The notes under the pieces: generated by a model
Database searches by the model: none
The model's input: only the letters and a program-made list of their open reading frames with translations
What the model was told of the DNA's origin: nothing
Part shown: positions 37,588 to 47,480 of the stretch, in pieces
How the letters are laid out: each line of letters begins with the position of its first letter
Position numbering within the stretch: the stretch's first letter is position 1
Program-made: the position numbers and the translations under genes
Assembly (NCBI GenBank): GCA_963675665.1
Contig: OY776510.1
Span: forward strand, 2,688,001-2,752,000
Source of the DNA: Spirochaetia bacterium
GTDB taxonomy: Bacteria > Spirochaetota > Spirochaetia > UBA9216
Length of the DNA stretch: 64,000 bases
Direction: 5' to 3'

Positions 37588-38787
37588 TTATTCTTTTTTT
37601 GGTTTTATCTCATTATCAAGAAGACTGGCTTTTGTAATTACTTCGCCCCTGTTTTTTAATTTGAATACTGTTTTTTCAACTTTGTTTTTTTTTTCATATT
37701 GATCTCCGAATAATTCATGCTGTTCAGGATTATCTGCGCTCTCAAGCGACAGAAGGCCCGTTCCTATCAGTCTTATCGATGAGGCGCCGTTCCATCTGCT
37801 GTTCAGAAGTTCAATGCTGTGAGTATATATTTCCTCTGCAGAATGTATATAATGACTGAATGTTCGCTGGGCTGTTGTGGAAGTAAAATCGGAATACCTT
37901 ATCTTGATACAGATGCTTTTACTTTTTTTATTTTCTTTCATTGTTCTGAACATGACATGATGTGAAAGTTCAAGCAGTACACGTTCCAGAATATCGCGGT
38001 CATTAATATCTTCCTGGAACGTTGTTTCGTTGCTTATTGAATTACTTCTTGTCTCTGTGTTGTACATGCTGATATCGATACCCCTGCAGGCCCTGAAAAG
38101 AAAGCTGCCTCCGGATTGTCCGAAAATTGTTTTTAAAGAATTTTCGCTGAATCCCCTCAGTTCATTTACTGTCCGGATGTTTAAGTCCTGAAGCCTTTCA
38201 AGGGTCTTCTTCCCAAGGCCCCAGATATCTTTCAAATCAAGCTTATCGAGAAAACTGAGTTCATCACCGGCGTTGACTATATAAAGTCCGTCAGGTTTTC
38301 CGAAGTCTGATGCAAGTTTGGCCAGAAAACGCGTAGGAGCTGCCCCGATAGATATTGTCAGGCCGGATTTTTCCTTAACACGTTTCTTTATCAACTGACC
38401 TGTTTCCTTTATACTGCCGAACAGTCTGTCGGTGCCTGTCATATCCAGAAATGCTTCATCTATCGAGATTTGACAAATTTCGGGGGTGAACTCTCCGAAC
38501 AATTCCATAATACCTGCCGAGACTTCCTGGTAAAGTTTCATTCTGACCGGCAGAAATACTGCGTCAGGACAAAGCCTTTGGGCCGTTGATATTGGCATGG
38601 CTGAATGAATCCCGAATTTCCGTGCTTCATAACTGCATGCGGACACAACACCTCTTTTGCCGGGAGAAGCACCGATAACAACCGGTTTCCCTATGTATTC
38701 AGGATTCTCATGCTGCTCAACCGCTGCATAGAAGGCATCAAGATCAACATGAAAAATTCTGGGATTAAATTCGGTATTTTTACTCAT
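37588..38787 (-). CDS. dinB: DNA polymerase IV
   Basis: 'HVDLDAFYAAVE', 'SYEARKFG', 'SIDEAFLD', 'AKLASD..KPDG'. Confidence 0.95.
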   Translation of the reverse strand: MSKNTEFNPRIFHVDLDAFYAAVEQHENPEYIGKPVVIGASPGKRGVVSACSYEARKFGIHSAMPISTAQRLCPDAVFLPVRMKLYQEVSAGIMELFGEFTPEICQISIDEAFLDMTGTDRLFGSIKETGQLIKKRVKEKSGLTISIGAAPTRFLAKLASDFGKPDGLYIVNAGDELSFLDKLDLKDIWGLGKKTLERLQDLNIRTVNELRGFSENSLKTIFGQSGGSFLFRACRGIDISMYNTETRSNSISNETTFQEDINDRDILERVLLELSHHVMFRTMKENKKSKSICIKIRYSDFTSTTAQRTFSHYIHSAEEIYTHSIELLNSRWNGASSIRLIGTGLLSLESADNPEQHELFGDQYEKKNKVEKTVFKLKNRGEVITKASLLDNEIKPKKE

Positions 38788-40852
38788 AAATATAATTTTT
38801 CTTTGCTGTCAGGTAGCGGCTTATACTGTAGTATTTATCGTTAATCGTGCTGAATTCTGTTTCAACGGGATAGTCGGCTGTTATGCTGAAATTAAGGGGG
38901 GCATTTCTGTTAAGAGTAAGCGAAAGAATAAGCGGTACAGGAGGGTTTTTCCCGATAAATATTTCCAGTCTGCCCTGTGATGGCAGCCACTCAGCGGGGA
39001 AATTGCTTTCATAAATAGTTATGGGGGTATCCGACAACAGAGATATTCGGATTCGTTCAGGCGGTGAAACGGTATCGATTGTTGTTTTAACAATTTTCCT
39101 GTTAAGGAAAGCCCTGGTCTCTACCCCGATTGTAATATCATTATCATCCCCGGCTGCTTCGATCTTTTCTGAAAGAAGGCTTTCCGTAATATTATCATCA
39201 AGTTTCCACGGACTATTAACCGTTACATTTTTTATATCTGTGTTTTCATCGACTGTCTCGTAGAGCTGTACAGGTTGCGGATTGTCTGTACTGAACGGTG
39301 AATAATAGATTATAAAAATAAATAATCCGACTGAACACAAGGCGGATAATAACGGCAGCAGTCTGGTAAATTTCTTTGAGGGCGGCGAAAGCATTTCCAG
39401 CCTGATTGCTGCAAGAATGAACGGCAGCAGAATCAGTGCCGAAAGCAGATTTCCCTTTACAGGTGATATTGTAATCATTCTGATAACGGAGAATGACGGG
39501 AGGGCGAAAATTTCATAAACGCTGAAAGAGATTAATACAGAAGATAATATCAGCATTACAAGTTTTACGCCCGACTTTTTAAAAACCGTAAAAAGGAATA
39601 TGAAGAATAGCGGCCATAATGCAAAAAACGAAAGCGACAAATTAACCCATGTCAGAAAAAACAGGACGATAACAAGAAAGAATATTGCGGTAATCGAATA
39701 AAAACTTCCGCGTTTTGAATAAGGAAGCCTGGAGATTAACTTAAAAGCGAGTGTATAAATAAACATTGCCGTAGATATTTTGAACATAAAAACAGCTACA
39801 GGATTGTATTTCCATAGTTCAGTAAACTCCAGCCTGCTGAGGATGAATGTCGTGAGTACAGTACCGAGGAATAAAACCAGGAATACAGAACCGAAAAGTA
39901 CAGGAATGAACCACAGGTTTCGTAACAGGGTTTTCATGTACCAGCCGAAGTGGCGTCTTCTGAATATCGGAAACACCATCAACATGGCAGCCAGGATAAT
40001 ATATACAAAAAGGTAAATCTGTTCGCTTATCCCAAAAAGATAATGGCTGTCCCATTCTGCTGGAATGCCGGCTGAAAAATGATTAAGCAGGCCGTTATAA
40101 AATCCAATCACAGCTTCTTCGCTTATTATTTCATTATCATTAAAAGCTGTTGAGTAATCGGTAAGTTCTAATGCCGGGTAAGATTCAGCGAGGTATGGTT
40201 TAAGCATACTGGTTGTCCCCGCGGCCGAAAGCCTGAATAAAAGCGATTCTGTTGTTGAGTGAAAAACAGGAATTGCTGCATCTTTTAAAGAGGTTGCTGT
40301 TGCATGATACAGCATAAAGGGACTGGTATAGCCGTCGGCACCTGAAATGATACGGACTGATGAGGGTGCAGTTTTAAAATTCAGATAGATAAATACAGAT
40401 GCCTGCTCAGGATAATAATGTTCCAGAAAGTTTTTTGATCCCAGCGCATTGTTCTCATCATTTTCCGCCCCCAGAAAAAGGAATTTCATTGATAATTCAG
40501 GCTGGCTGGAAATAAAATATTCGGCAAGCAAAAGCCCTGCAGCAATATCAAAATTATTCCCGACGGGTATAATGGTTATAAGAGTTTCCTCTTTACGACC
40601 TTTAATATCTGCTTCGAGATAAGAAGAAAAAGAATGATATCCTTTGGTTTCCTGGAAAGAGTATTCCCGGTTTTCAATACCGAGTTCATCAAGCCTGATC
40701 TTTATTTGTCTGATAGACTCTTTTTCATTCTCTGAACCTTCACTTCTTGGAAAAAGCTTGGAAAAATTGTTAATATCGTTTATTATAGAATTTGTATATG
40801 CGTAAGAAATAATTGCTGAAAATAACAGAAGAAAGGAAACAAATCTTTTCAT
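38780..40852 (-). CDS. Multi-TM membrane protein with degenerate M28-peptidase-like extracytoplasmic domain
   Basis: Signal peptide; 'PRSEGS', 'FLFLGAE...LGS'; about 9 TM helices. Confidence 0.65.
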   Translation of the reverse strand: MKRFVSFLLLFSAIISYAYTNSIINDINNFSKLFPRSEGSENEKESIRQIKIRLDELGIENREYSFQETKGYHSFSSYLEADIKGRKEETLITIIPVGNNFDIAAGLLLAEYFISSQPELSMKFLFLGAENDENNALGSKNFLEHYYPEQASVFIYLNFKTAPSSVRIISGADGYTSPFMLYHATATSLKDAAIPVFHSTTESLLFRLSAAGTTSMLKPYLAESYPALELTDYSTAFNDNEIISEEAVIGFYNGLLNHFSAGIPAEWDSHYLFGISEQIYLFVYIILAAMLMVFPIFRRRHFGWYMKTLLRNLWFIPVLFGSVFLVLFLGTVLTTFILSRLEFTELWKYNPVAVFMFKISTAMFIYTLAFKLISRLPYSKRGSFYSITAIFFLVIVLFFLTWVNLSLSFFALWPLFFIFLFTVFKKSGVKLVMLILSSVLISFSVYEIFALPSFSVIRMITISPVKGNLLSALILLPFILAAIRLEMLSPPSKKFTRLLPLLSALCSVGLFIFIIYYSPFSTDNPQPVQLYETVDENTDIKNVTVNSPWKLDDNITESLLSEKIEAAGDDNDITIGVETRAFLNRKIVKTTIDTVSPPERIRISLLSDTPITIYESNFPAEWLPSQGRLEIFIGKNPPVPLILSLTLNRNAPLNFSITADYPVETEFSTINDKYYSISRYLTAKKNYIYE

Positions 40853-40878
40853 TAAATATAACAATAAGGGAAATCGTT

Positions 40879-41418
40879 ATGGTTGGTCAAGATTTAAAAA
40901 ACAGTCTGCTGCCCGCAATTGAATTGTATCAGACCATTCGTGACTTCAGCGACCGAAAGGTTGATGAAGAAACGATCAATTTAATTCTTGAAGCGGGAAG
41001 ACGGGCTCCTTCGGCTAAAAACAGACAACCCTGGCGTTTCGTTCTTGTAACTGATGAAGGTATAAAAAACCGCCTTGAGTCAGCAGCCTATGGTCAGGAG
41101 CATATAGGAAACGCCTCTTTTGTTGTAGCTCTCGGCACTACAAATGTTGATTACCGTATGCCCAACGGCCAGTTGTCATATCCGGTTGATTTGAGTTTCG
41201 CCGCCTCTTTTATGGTTGTTCAGGCGGCATCGGCTGATGTTGGAAGCTGTATTGTTACCACCTATGATGAACTTGAAGTAAAGGAGATTCTGACTGTTCC
41301 TTATTCAATGAGAATTGTAATGCTTATTGCATTCGGGTATGCCGACGAACAGCTGGGAGCAAAGAATATTACCAACAGAAAGGGTCTTTCTTCGATAATG
41401 TCGCGTAATCACTGGTGA
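40879..41418 (+). CDS. Nitroreductase-family protein
   Basis: 'TIRDF', 'APSAKNRQPWRF', 'GSC', 'FGY'. Confidence 0.9.
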   Translation: MVGQDLKNSLLPAIELYQTIRDFSDRKVDEETINLILEAGRRAPSAKNRQPWRFVLVTDEGIKNRLESAAYGQEHIGNASFVVALGTTNVDYRMPNGQLSYPVDLSFAASFMVVQAASADVGSCIVTTYDELEVKEILTVPYSMRIVMLIAFGYADEQLGAKNITNRKGLSSIMSRNHW

Positions 41419-41487
41419 GTTAATAATATCTTATTTCTGCAAAGTAAAACGACGACACCCCTGCACGAATGCAAAACTGCTGTATAG

Positions 41488-42579
41488 TTAGAGACTGAAA
41501 TCAAGTTTGTTGCGTGTTTTAAACCGTTCTTCGCCGAGTTCAATCAGTAAATCAAGCATCTCTGAATAGGGTAGTCCGCCGGCTTCGCACATCTTCGAAA
41601 ACATACTGATATTGGTAAATCCCGGTATTGTATTTATCTCGTTCAGAAGCAGTTTTTCTGTTTTTCGGTCGATAAAAAAATCCACCCTGGCCATTCCTTC
41701 AATACCTGCAACAGTATATGCTTTAACGGCTGTGGTTTTGACTTCTTCGATCATTTTCGGAGCAAGTTTAGCCGGTATCAGCAATGCGGCCCCATTTTCA
41801 TCTATATATTTGGCTTCATAGTCGTAAAATTCATGTGTAGGCGCAATTTCACCCGGCAGGTAGGCTACGGCTGTCATGTTGCCTGTTACAGAACACTCAA
41901 TTTCCCTGGCATCGACAGCGGGTTCAACCATAATTCTATTGTCGAATTTAAACGCTTTATGCACTGCCGCCATGAATTCTTCATTATTTGCGGCTTTGCT
42001 TATTCCTACTGAAGAGCCGGCGCGAACAGGCTTTATGAAAACAGGAAAACCGAATTTTTGTTTTGTTTCTTCTGCAAAATTTTCAAGTGAAAAATCTTTA
42101 TCATTCAGCTGCTCGGAATTCATAGACAAAAAAGGAACTGTATCAAGCCCTTCGGAGACCCATATTTTCTTTATTATCTCCTTGTCCATGCCGACGGAGC
42201 TTCCGAGTACGCCTGCTCCGGCATAGGGTATTTCCAGCAGTTCTATCAGTCCCTGCACAGTTCCGTCTTCTCCGAAAGTCCCGTGCAGAACAGGAAAAAT
42301 AAAATCTATTTCAAGTTTTAAATGGCCGGAAAAGAACCCCTGATTTGGTACTATATTGATAAGTTGCGATTTGTCAGATTTTAACGGCAGCAGTCCTGAT
42401 TTCTCCAGATCTTTTTCAGCATCCGGTTGAAGATACCATCCGCCTTTTTTATCTATACCGATGAGTATTTTGTTATATTTCTGATTATCGAGTTTGGTTA
42501 CTACCGAAGATGCAGAACGAATGGATACTTCATGTTCTCCGGATTTACCGCCGTACAGTATGCAAATATTTTTTTTCAT
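41488..42579 (-). CDS. ddl: D-alanine--D-alanine ligase
   Basis: 'GGKSGEHEVS', 'LHGTFGEDG', 'GSSVG', 'FYDYEAKY', 'EINTIPG'. Confidence 0.95.
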   Translation of the reverse strand: MKKNICILYGGKSGEHEVSIRSASSVVTKLDNQKYNKILIGIDKKGGWYLQPDAEKDLEKSGLLPLKSDKSQLINIVPNQGFFSGHLKLEIDFIFPVLHGTFGEDGTVQGLIELLEIPYAGAGVLGSSVGMDKEIIKKIWVSEGLDTVPFLSMNSEQLNDKDFSLENFAEETKQKFGFPVFIKPVRAGSSVGISKAANNEEFMAAVHKAFKFDNRIMVEPAVDAREIECSVTGNMTAVAYLPGEIAPTHEFYDYEAKYIDENGAALLIPAKLAPKMIEEVKTTAVKAYTVAGIEGMARVDFFIDRKTEKLLLNEINTIPGFTNISMFSKMCEAGGLPYSEMLDLLIELGEERFKTRNKLDFSL

Positions 42580-42632
42580 TCTGATGCCTTCTTTTATAGG
42601 TAAATCAGTAGTATTATAATGCGTAACGGAGG

Positions 42633-43700
42633 TTGTTGCAATTGAAGAAACCGATTCTGCCTGAAAAGAGAATTGATCCGGCCACCTGGATATTTTTGTT
42701 ATATTTTGCTTTTTTGATTATTGTTTACAGGATTTCTCCGGTTATCATAGGTGCTGTAGTGCTGGGATTGTATCTTTCCATGATAATCATGGTGCCGGCC
42801 AGAATTCTAATGAAAATAAAATGGATAAAACGCGGAGCAGCTGTAACGATTTCAGCGATACTCGTGTTTGCGCTTTTATCAGTGACGATAATCATGATTT
42901 TCCCGATTTTGATAGACGAAGCTTCCAAGCTTTTTACAAGCCTGTCATCCGGTACAGTTTCAATTGATTCCATTTTTAACAGTCTCCCTGATTTTATGAA
43001 GAATCTGAAAGATAATACCCAAGTTCTGAGTTTCCTTCAGGATTTGGGAGAAAGCATTATTTCTGCATTTTCCTCTTTCGGTATGAGGTTGTTAAATACA
43101 ATTGTAAGCCGGATTCCTGATACCTTAACAGCCGTTATTATTTTCATTATTGCCTCGGCATACCTTACGGCACTTATGCCCATTTTCAAAAAAAACCTCT
43201 GGAGATTTTTCCCGGGGTCAACAAGAGCAAAATCAATCAGGTTCATAGAGAATTATTATTCAACCATCAAGTCTTTTATTGGCGGGCAGCTGATTATAGC
43301 AGCGGCCGTCGGGCTTATAATCGGGGTCGGTTTCAGGATAGCCGGAATACCGTATTCAGTTTTTCTGGGATTTCTTTCGTTTATTACGAATTTCATACCT
43401 TTTTTCGGAGTAATTATCGCTGCTGTTCCCGCGATTTTCCTGGGGCTGTCAAATTACGGCGTCATGGGGTTGGTCAGGGTAGGTGTTGTGCTATTGCTTG
43501 CAAACCAGATTGAGTCATGGGTACTGCAACCCAGGATTCAGGGAGACAGGATGGAGCTTAACTGGTTTGTAATCCTGATTGGTATCCTGCTGTTCGGCAG
43601 TATGTTCGGTTTTATTGGGGTCTTGTTCGCGGTACCCATTATGGTTTTTATAAAGGAGTTCTGGATATCCTACGTTCAGGAAGCGTTCAAAAGAAGGTGA
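42633..43700 (+). CDS. AI-2E family transporter
   Basis: Multi-TM; 'NFIPFFG', 'QIESWVLQP', 'FGFIGVLFAVP'; true start may be TTG 42642. Confidence 0.88.
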   Translation: MLQLKKPILPEKRIDPATWIFLLYFAFLIIVYRISPVIIGAVVLGLYLSMIIMVPARILMKIKWIKRGAAVTISAILVFALLSVTIIMIFPILIDEASKLFTSLSSGTVSIDSIFNSLPDFMKNLKDNTQVLSFLQDLGESIISAFSSFGMRLLNTIVSRIPDTLTAVIIFIIASAYLTALMPIFKKNLWRFFPGSTRAKSIRFIENYYSTIKSFIGGQLIIAAAVGLIIGVGFRIAGIPYSVFLGFLSFITNFIPFFGVIIAAVPAIFLGLSNYGVMGLVRVGVVLLLANQIESWVLQPRIQGDRMELNWFVILIGILLFGSMFGFIGVLFAVPIMVFIKEFWISYVQEAFKRR

Positions 43701-43713
43701 ACAGCCTGGAAAT

Positions 43714-45273
43714 TTAATTTGATTCCCTTAAAACTTCTTCAGCAACTGCCTGCTCATCCCATGGAATCGGACCGTCGGCGTAGATAATGCTGCTCTCATG
43801 CCCCTTTCCGAGAAGTATCACGGTATCGTCTGCTCCGGCAAGAGCAAAGGCTTTGGAAATTGCAGCCCTGCGGTCGGGAACAAGTAGCAGGTTTTTATTA
43901 TTCTGAAGCGGAAGCATTACTCCCCTCGGGGCTTTCATCGCTCCCGCGGCAATCTCTTTTATAATCGTCATGCCGTCCTCTCCGCGCGGGTCTTCATCGG
44001 TCAGAACGAGTATGTCCGCGTATTCAGCGGCAATCTGTCCCTGTTCGGGACGTTTGTCAACATCGCGCTCGCCGGCTGAGCCAAAAACGGCAATCAGCCT
44101 GCCGCAAGTCTGTTTGCGCATGTCAGGAAACAGCCTGAGAAATGCGCCCGGCGTATGCGCATAATCAACAATTACTGTAAACGGTTGACCGCAGTTGATT
44201 ACCTTCATGCGCCCTTTGACCGCCGACAGTTTTGGAAGCAGTTCCGAAATTTTTTCCGGGGAGTTCCCAGTCAGCCTGTAGACTGCCGCGAAAGATTCAA
44301 GAGCGTTCTCAATATTAAAAAGTCCGGGTAGTTTTATAGATGTTTTTATCGTATGCGGAACACCGTCAGCCGATGCTTCCGCGTTTATATTTATCCTGAA
44401 TGAAGAGCCGTCTGATGAAGTATTGATTTTGTCGGCAAAGAAATCAGCAGAGGATTCTTTCAGACTGCATGTGTAAACCCTGACAGGTGCTTCGTCGATG
44501 AAATATTGAGCATTCGAATCATCAAGATTCACAACACCGAAACCCGTTGGTTTCAGTTTTCGGAAGAGATTAGCTTTATCATCTCTGTATTGTTCAAGTG
44601 TTCCGTGAAACTCCAGGTGCTCATGGCTGAGGTTTGTAAAAACTGCCGCGTCAAATTTTATTTCACCCAGTCGGTTGTTTTTTTTCGACAGCCCGTGGGA
44701 TGTGGTTTCAATAACGGTATGTGTTTTAGCGTTTCCAATCATCTGAAACAACATCATGTTAATTTCAACTGCTTCAGGGGTAGACTGCCGGTAGGGATTT
44801 TTTTCTATCAGCGCTCCGCTTTTGCACGCTGCTGTTGAAATAAAACCGCTTTTTAACCCGCAGAGTTCAAGCAGCTGATCCAGAAAATATACAGTTGAGG
44901 TTTTGCCGTCAGTGCCGGTAACCCCTATTGTTGTCAGTTTTTCAGAAGGTTTGTCGTAGAATGCTGCAGCTATCGCCGCCATTGCAGTTCTTGTATTTGT
45001 CGTACGGACAAAGACTGCATCATTCCTGTCTTCAAATTCAGTATCTTTTTCAGGGTCGGAGTAGAGCACTGCCGCGGCCCCTGCAGCAATAGCCCTGTCG
45101 ATAAAGTTGTGCCCGTCAACATGTATACCGGGCAGGGCAATAAAAAGGTGTCCGGGTTTTACCAGTCGGGAATCATACGCTATGCCGCTTATGACCGGAT
45201 CTGAGTTGCCTGATATAATTATATTGATATTGGCGGTTAAAGCTGATAATCTTTTCAGCGGACTGTTTTTCAT
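43714..45273 (-). CDS. murE: UDP-MurNAc-dipeptide--diamino acid ligase
   Basis: 'YDSR', 'GVTGTDGKTS', 'ETTSHG', 'VDYAHTP', 'DEDPRGE', 'GKGHE'; start set at MKNSPLK. Confidence 0.93.
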   Translation of the reverse strand: MKNSPLKRLSALTANINIIISGNSDPVISGIAYDSRLVKPGHLFIALPGIHVDGHNFIDRAIAAGAAAVLYSDPEKDTEFEDRNDAVFVRTTNTRTAMAAIAAAFYDKPSEKLTTIGVTGTDGKTSTVYFLDQLLELCGLKSGFISTAACKSGALIEKNPYRQSTPEAVEINMMLFQMIGNAKTHTVIETTSHGLSKKNNRLGEIKFDAAVFTNLSHEHLEFHGTLEQYRDDKANLFRKLKPTGFGVVNLDDSNAQYFIDEAPVRVYTCSLKESSADFFADKINTSSDGSSFRININAEASADGVPHTIKTSIKLPGLFNIENALESFAAVYRLTGNSPEKISELLPKLSAVKGRMKVINCGQPFTVIVDYAHTPGAFLRLFPDMRKQTCGRLIAVFGSAGERDVDKRPEQGQIAAEYADILVLTDEDPRGEDGMTIIKEIAAGAMKAPRGVMLPLQNNKNLLLVPDRRAAISKAFALAGADDTVILLGKGHESSIIYADGPIPWDEQAVAEEVLRESN

Positions 45274-45303
45274 TTGAACTGTATTATAGCCAACGGAGGA
45301 AAG

Positions 45304-45669
45304 ATGTTTCAAGTAAGAGTTGAAGATAATTTTGCTGCGGCTCATTTTCTTGTCAATTATCACGGTAAGTGCGAAAACCTTCATGGACATAATTACCGGG
45401 TAAGGGTATTCGCAGAAGGTCGTGAGCTTGATGAAGGCGGAATGCTGCTTGATTTTGGAGTGCTGAAGAAGAAGCTGAAGGAAGTTCTCGACAAGATTGA
45501 CCACAGCCTTCTTAATGAGAATAAATACTTCAACGAGCATGAACCAAGCGCAGAACTGATCGCTTTTCATATTTATAAATCACTTAAAGCCGAACTGCCG
45601 GGGGCACCGGTTTCAAGGGTTGAGGTTTTTGAAACCGAAAAAAATATGGCAGCCTATATTCCGGATTAA
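45304..45669 (+). CDS. queD: 6-carboxy-5,6,7,8-tetrahydropterin synthase
   Basis: 'AAH', 'CENLHGHNY', 'DFG', 'DHSLLNE', 'PSAE', 'FET'; SD GGAGG. Confidence 0.9.
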   Translation: MFQVRVEDNFAAAHFLVNYHGKCENLHGHNYRVRVFAEGRELDEGGMLLDFGVLKKKLKEVLDKIDHSLLNENKYFNEHEPSAELIAFHIYKSLKAELPGAPVSRVEVFETEKNMAAYIPD

Positions 45670-45672
45670 GAT

Positions 45673-47460
45673 TTGAAAGTCCTGTTGCCCGATCCGGAAA
45701 ATCCATACATAAAAAATCAACTGATTGCCTATATAGGCAATAAAAGAAGGCTGCTTGGATTTCTCGGCGAGGTGTTTTCCGAACTTGCCGATCGTTGTCC
45801 CGGCAGCGGGATACTACGCTTCGGCGACTGCTTTTCAGGAAGCGGTTCGGTTTCCAGACTCGCAAAGCTTATGGGATTCAGCGTAGCATCAAACGATTGG
45901 GAATTATATTCGAAAATTATAAATACGGTACATATAGGATTGTCGGTCGGAGAACTGGACGGATTGTTCTCTGCCGAAAAAAGTGTGAACCGCCGGTATC
46001 CCGGGGGCTTCAAAGAACTTCTATGTGAACTGAACGGTTTATCGCAGCCGGCTGAATCCGAACGTTATATAAGCCGTTTTTATGCTCCGCAACAGACCGT
46101 TTCGGCGGATTACCGCTACGAGAGGTTGTTTTATACAAGCGAGAATGCTCTTTTCATAGACGCGGTCAGGAACCGGATAGAGAAGTGGTTCCCCGGCTGG
46201 GACCTGCCTGCAGAGGATTTTACCCGTAAATGCGCCCTTCTTGCGCCGCTGTTATACCAGGCCGCAACCCATGCGAATACAAACGGTGTTTTCAAGGCGT
46301 ATCATAAAGGCTTCGGCGGGCACGGAGGAGACGCGTTAACCAGGATTATGGCCCCGATGAAGCTGCAGGCGCCGCTTCTGGCAGATGCTGTATCAGGGCG
46401 GCGCTATGATGTTGAATGCACGGATGCGGTTGAATTTGCTGCTGCTTATACTGGAAGGAAAAGTTTTGATATTTGTTACCTTGACCCTCCGTATAATCAG
46501 CACCAATACGGCAGCAATTATTTCATGCTCAATACAATAGCGCTCTGGGACAAACCAGATGTTCCAATGGAGCGCGATACGGACGGCAAGCTGAGGATAA
46601 AAGCCGGAATAAGACCTGACTGGACTGAAACAAAATCAGGGTTCTGTTACAGAAAAACAGCTCCTTCAGAACTTAAACGCCTTCTTGAAAATATTGATGC
46701 CCGGTTTATTGTGTTAAGCTACAACACGGAAGGAATAATACCTTTCAATGAGTTATTTGAGATTCTGAACAGTTCAGGAAAGACTGAGATTTTCTGTCGC
46801 GATTACATTATCTATCGGGGAGGGAAACAAAGTCTGGGCCGTTCCAACAGGAACGTTGAGTTTCAGCTTGTGCTTTCAAGAAAGGAACAGCCCGGCAAGT
46901 CGGACCGTGAAGCAGTTATCAGAATCCTGTTGATTCGCTCTGTTATTTCTCTGATGAATGAAGCCTTCGTTCCGGCAAGGCTTATAAAGGAATTCAGCTG
47001 TATAGACGGTAATGTTGAGCTTGTGCGTTCAGTATCCGGAAAAACATCAGGAATATCAGCTGATACTGAAATGTATTACAGATTTATCAATATTCCCGAA
47101 ATTAAAAATCTTGAGTCTCTTTCTTTAAGTGAAATAAAAAGACTTCATGATAAGCTGGAAAAATGCCGCTGTACCGACAGAAGGGAAGAAGCTTCAGTTT
47201 TAATTAGTATGATCAGAAGTTGTTCCGTCGGAGGAAATGAACTGACGTTGGGAAGATACATGAGGCTCTGGAATAGTCTTTTCAGAATTGTAAGAAAATT
47301 TGCATTCAGGAAATACCGAAAAACCTTTGAGGATGTTTTAATCGAAATAAAACGGCTTGTTGCTGAAGAAGAGGCCGCCGGTAAAATTTCAAACCGGAAA
47401 ACACTGGAAAGAAAAGTTTGTGAACTGGAAAAAGTTGCTCAGCTGAGGTTTTGGGGATAG
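45673..47460 (+). CDS. Orphan N6-adenine DNA methyltransferase (D12 class, NlaIII/FokI-like) with C-terminal extension
   Basis: 'YIGNKRRL', 'DCFSGSGSVS', 'YLDPPYNQHQYGSNY', 'LSYNTEG'. Confidence 0.87.
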   Translation: MKVLLPDPENPYIKNQLIAYIGNKRRLLGFLGEVFSELADRCPGSGILRFGDCFSGSGSVSRLAKLMGFSVASNDWELYSKIINTVHIGLSVGELDGLFSAEKSVNRRYPGGFKELLCELNGLSQPAESERYISRFYAPQQTVSADYRYERLFYTSENALFIDAVRNRIEKWFPGWDLPAEDFTRKCALLAPLLYQAATHANTNGVFKAYHKGFGGHGGDALTRIMAPMKLQAPLLADAVSGRRYDVECTDAVEFAAAYTGRKSFDICYLDPPYNQHQYGSNYFMLNTIALWDKPDVPMERDTDGKLRIKAGIRPDWTETKSGFCYRKTAPSELKRLLENIDARFIVLSYNTEGIIPFNELFEILNSSGKTEIFCRDYIIYRGGKQSLGRSNRNVEFQLVLSRKEQPGKSDREAVIRILLIRSVISLMNEAFVPARLIKEFSCIDGNVELVRSVSGKTSGISADTEMYYRFINIPEIKNLESLSLSEIKRLHDKLEKCRCTDRREEASVLISMIRSCSVGGNELTLGRYMRLWNSLFRIVRKFAFRKYRKTFEDVLIEIKRLVAEEEAAGKISNRKTLERKVCELEKVAQLRFWG

Positions 47461-47480
47461 CAGGGGGTTGCTTTTTCAGT

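Noticed and set aside
45271-45285. CATTTGAACTGTATT resembles my recollection of the SAM-V riboswitch core
   Set aside because: No flanking P1 stem or downstream pseudoknot partner; the sequence is explained by the murE start codon and -10 boxes
45274-45570. 99-aa N-terminal extension of murE in the ORF track
   Set aside because: It is antisense to the well-conserved queD; MurE homology begins near MKNSPLK (45273)
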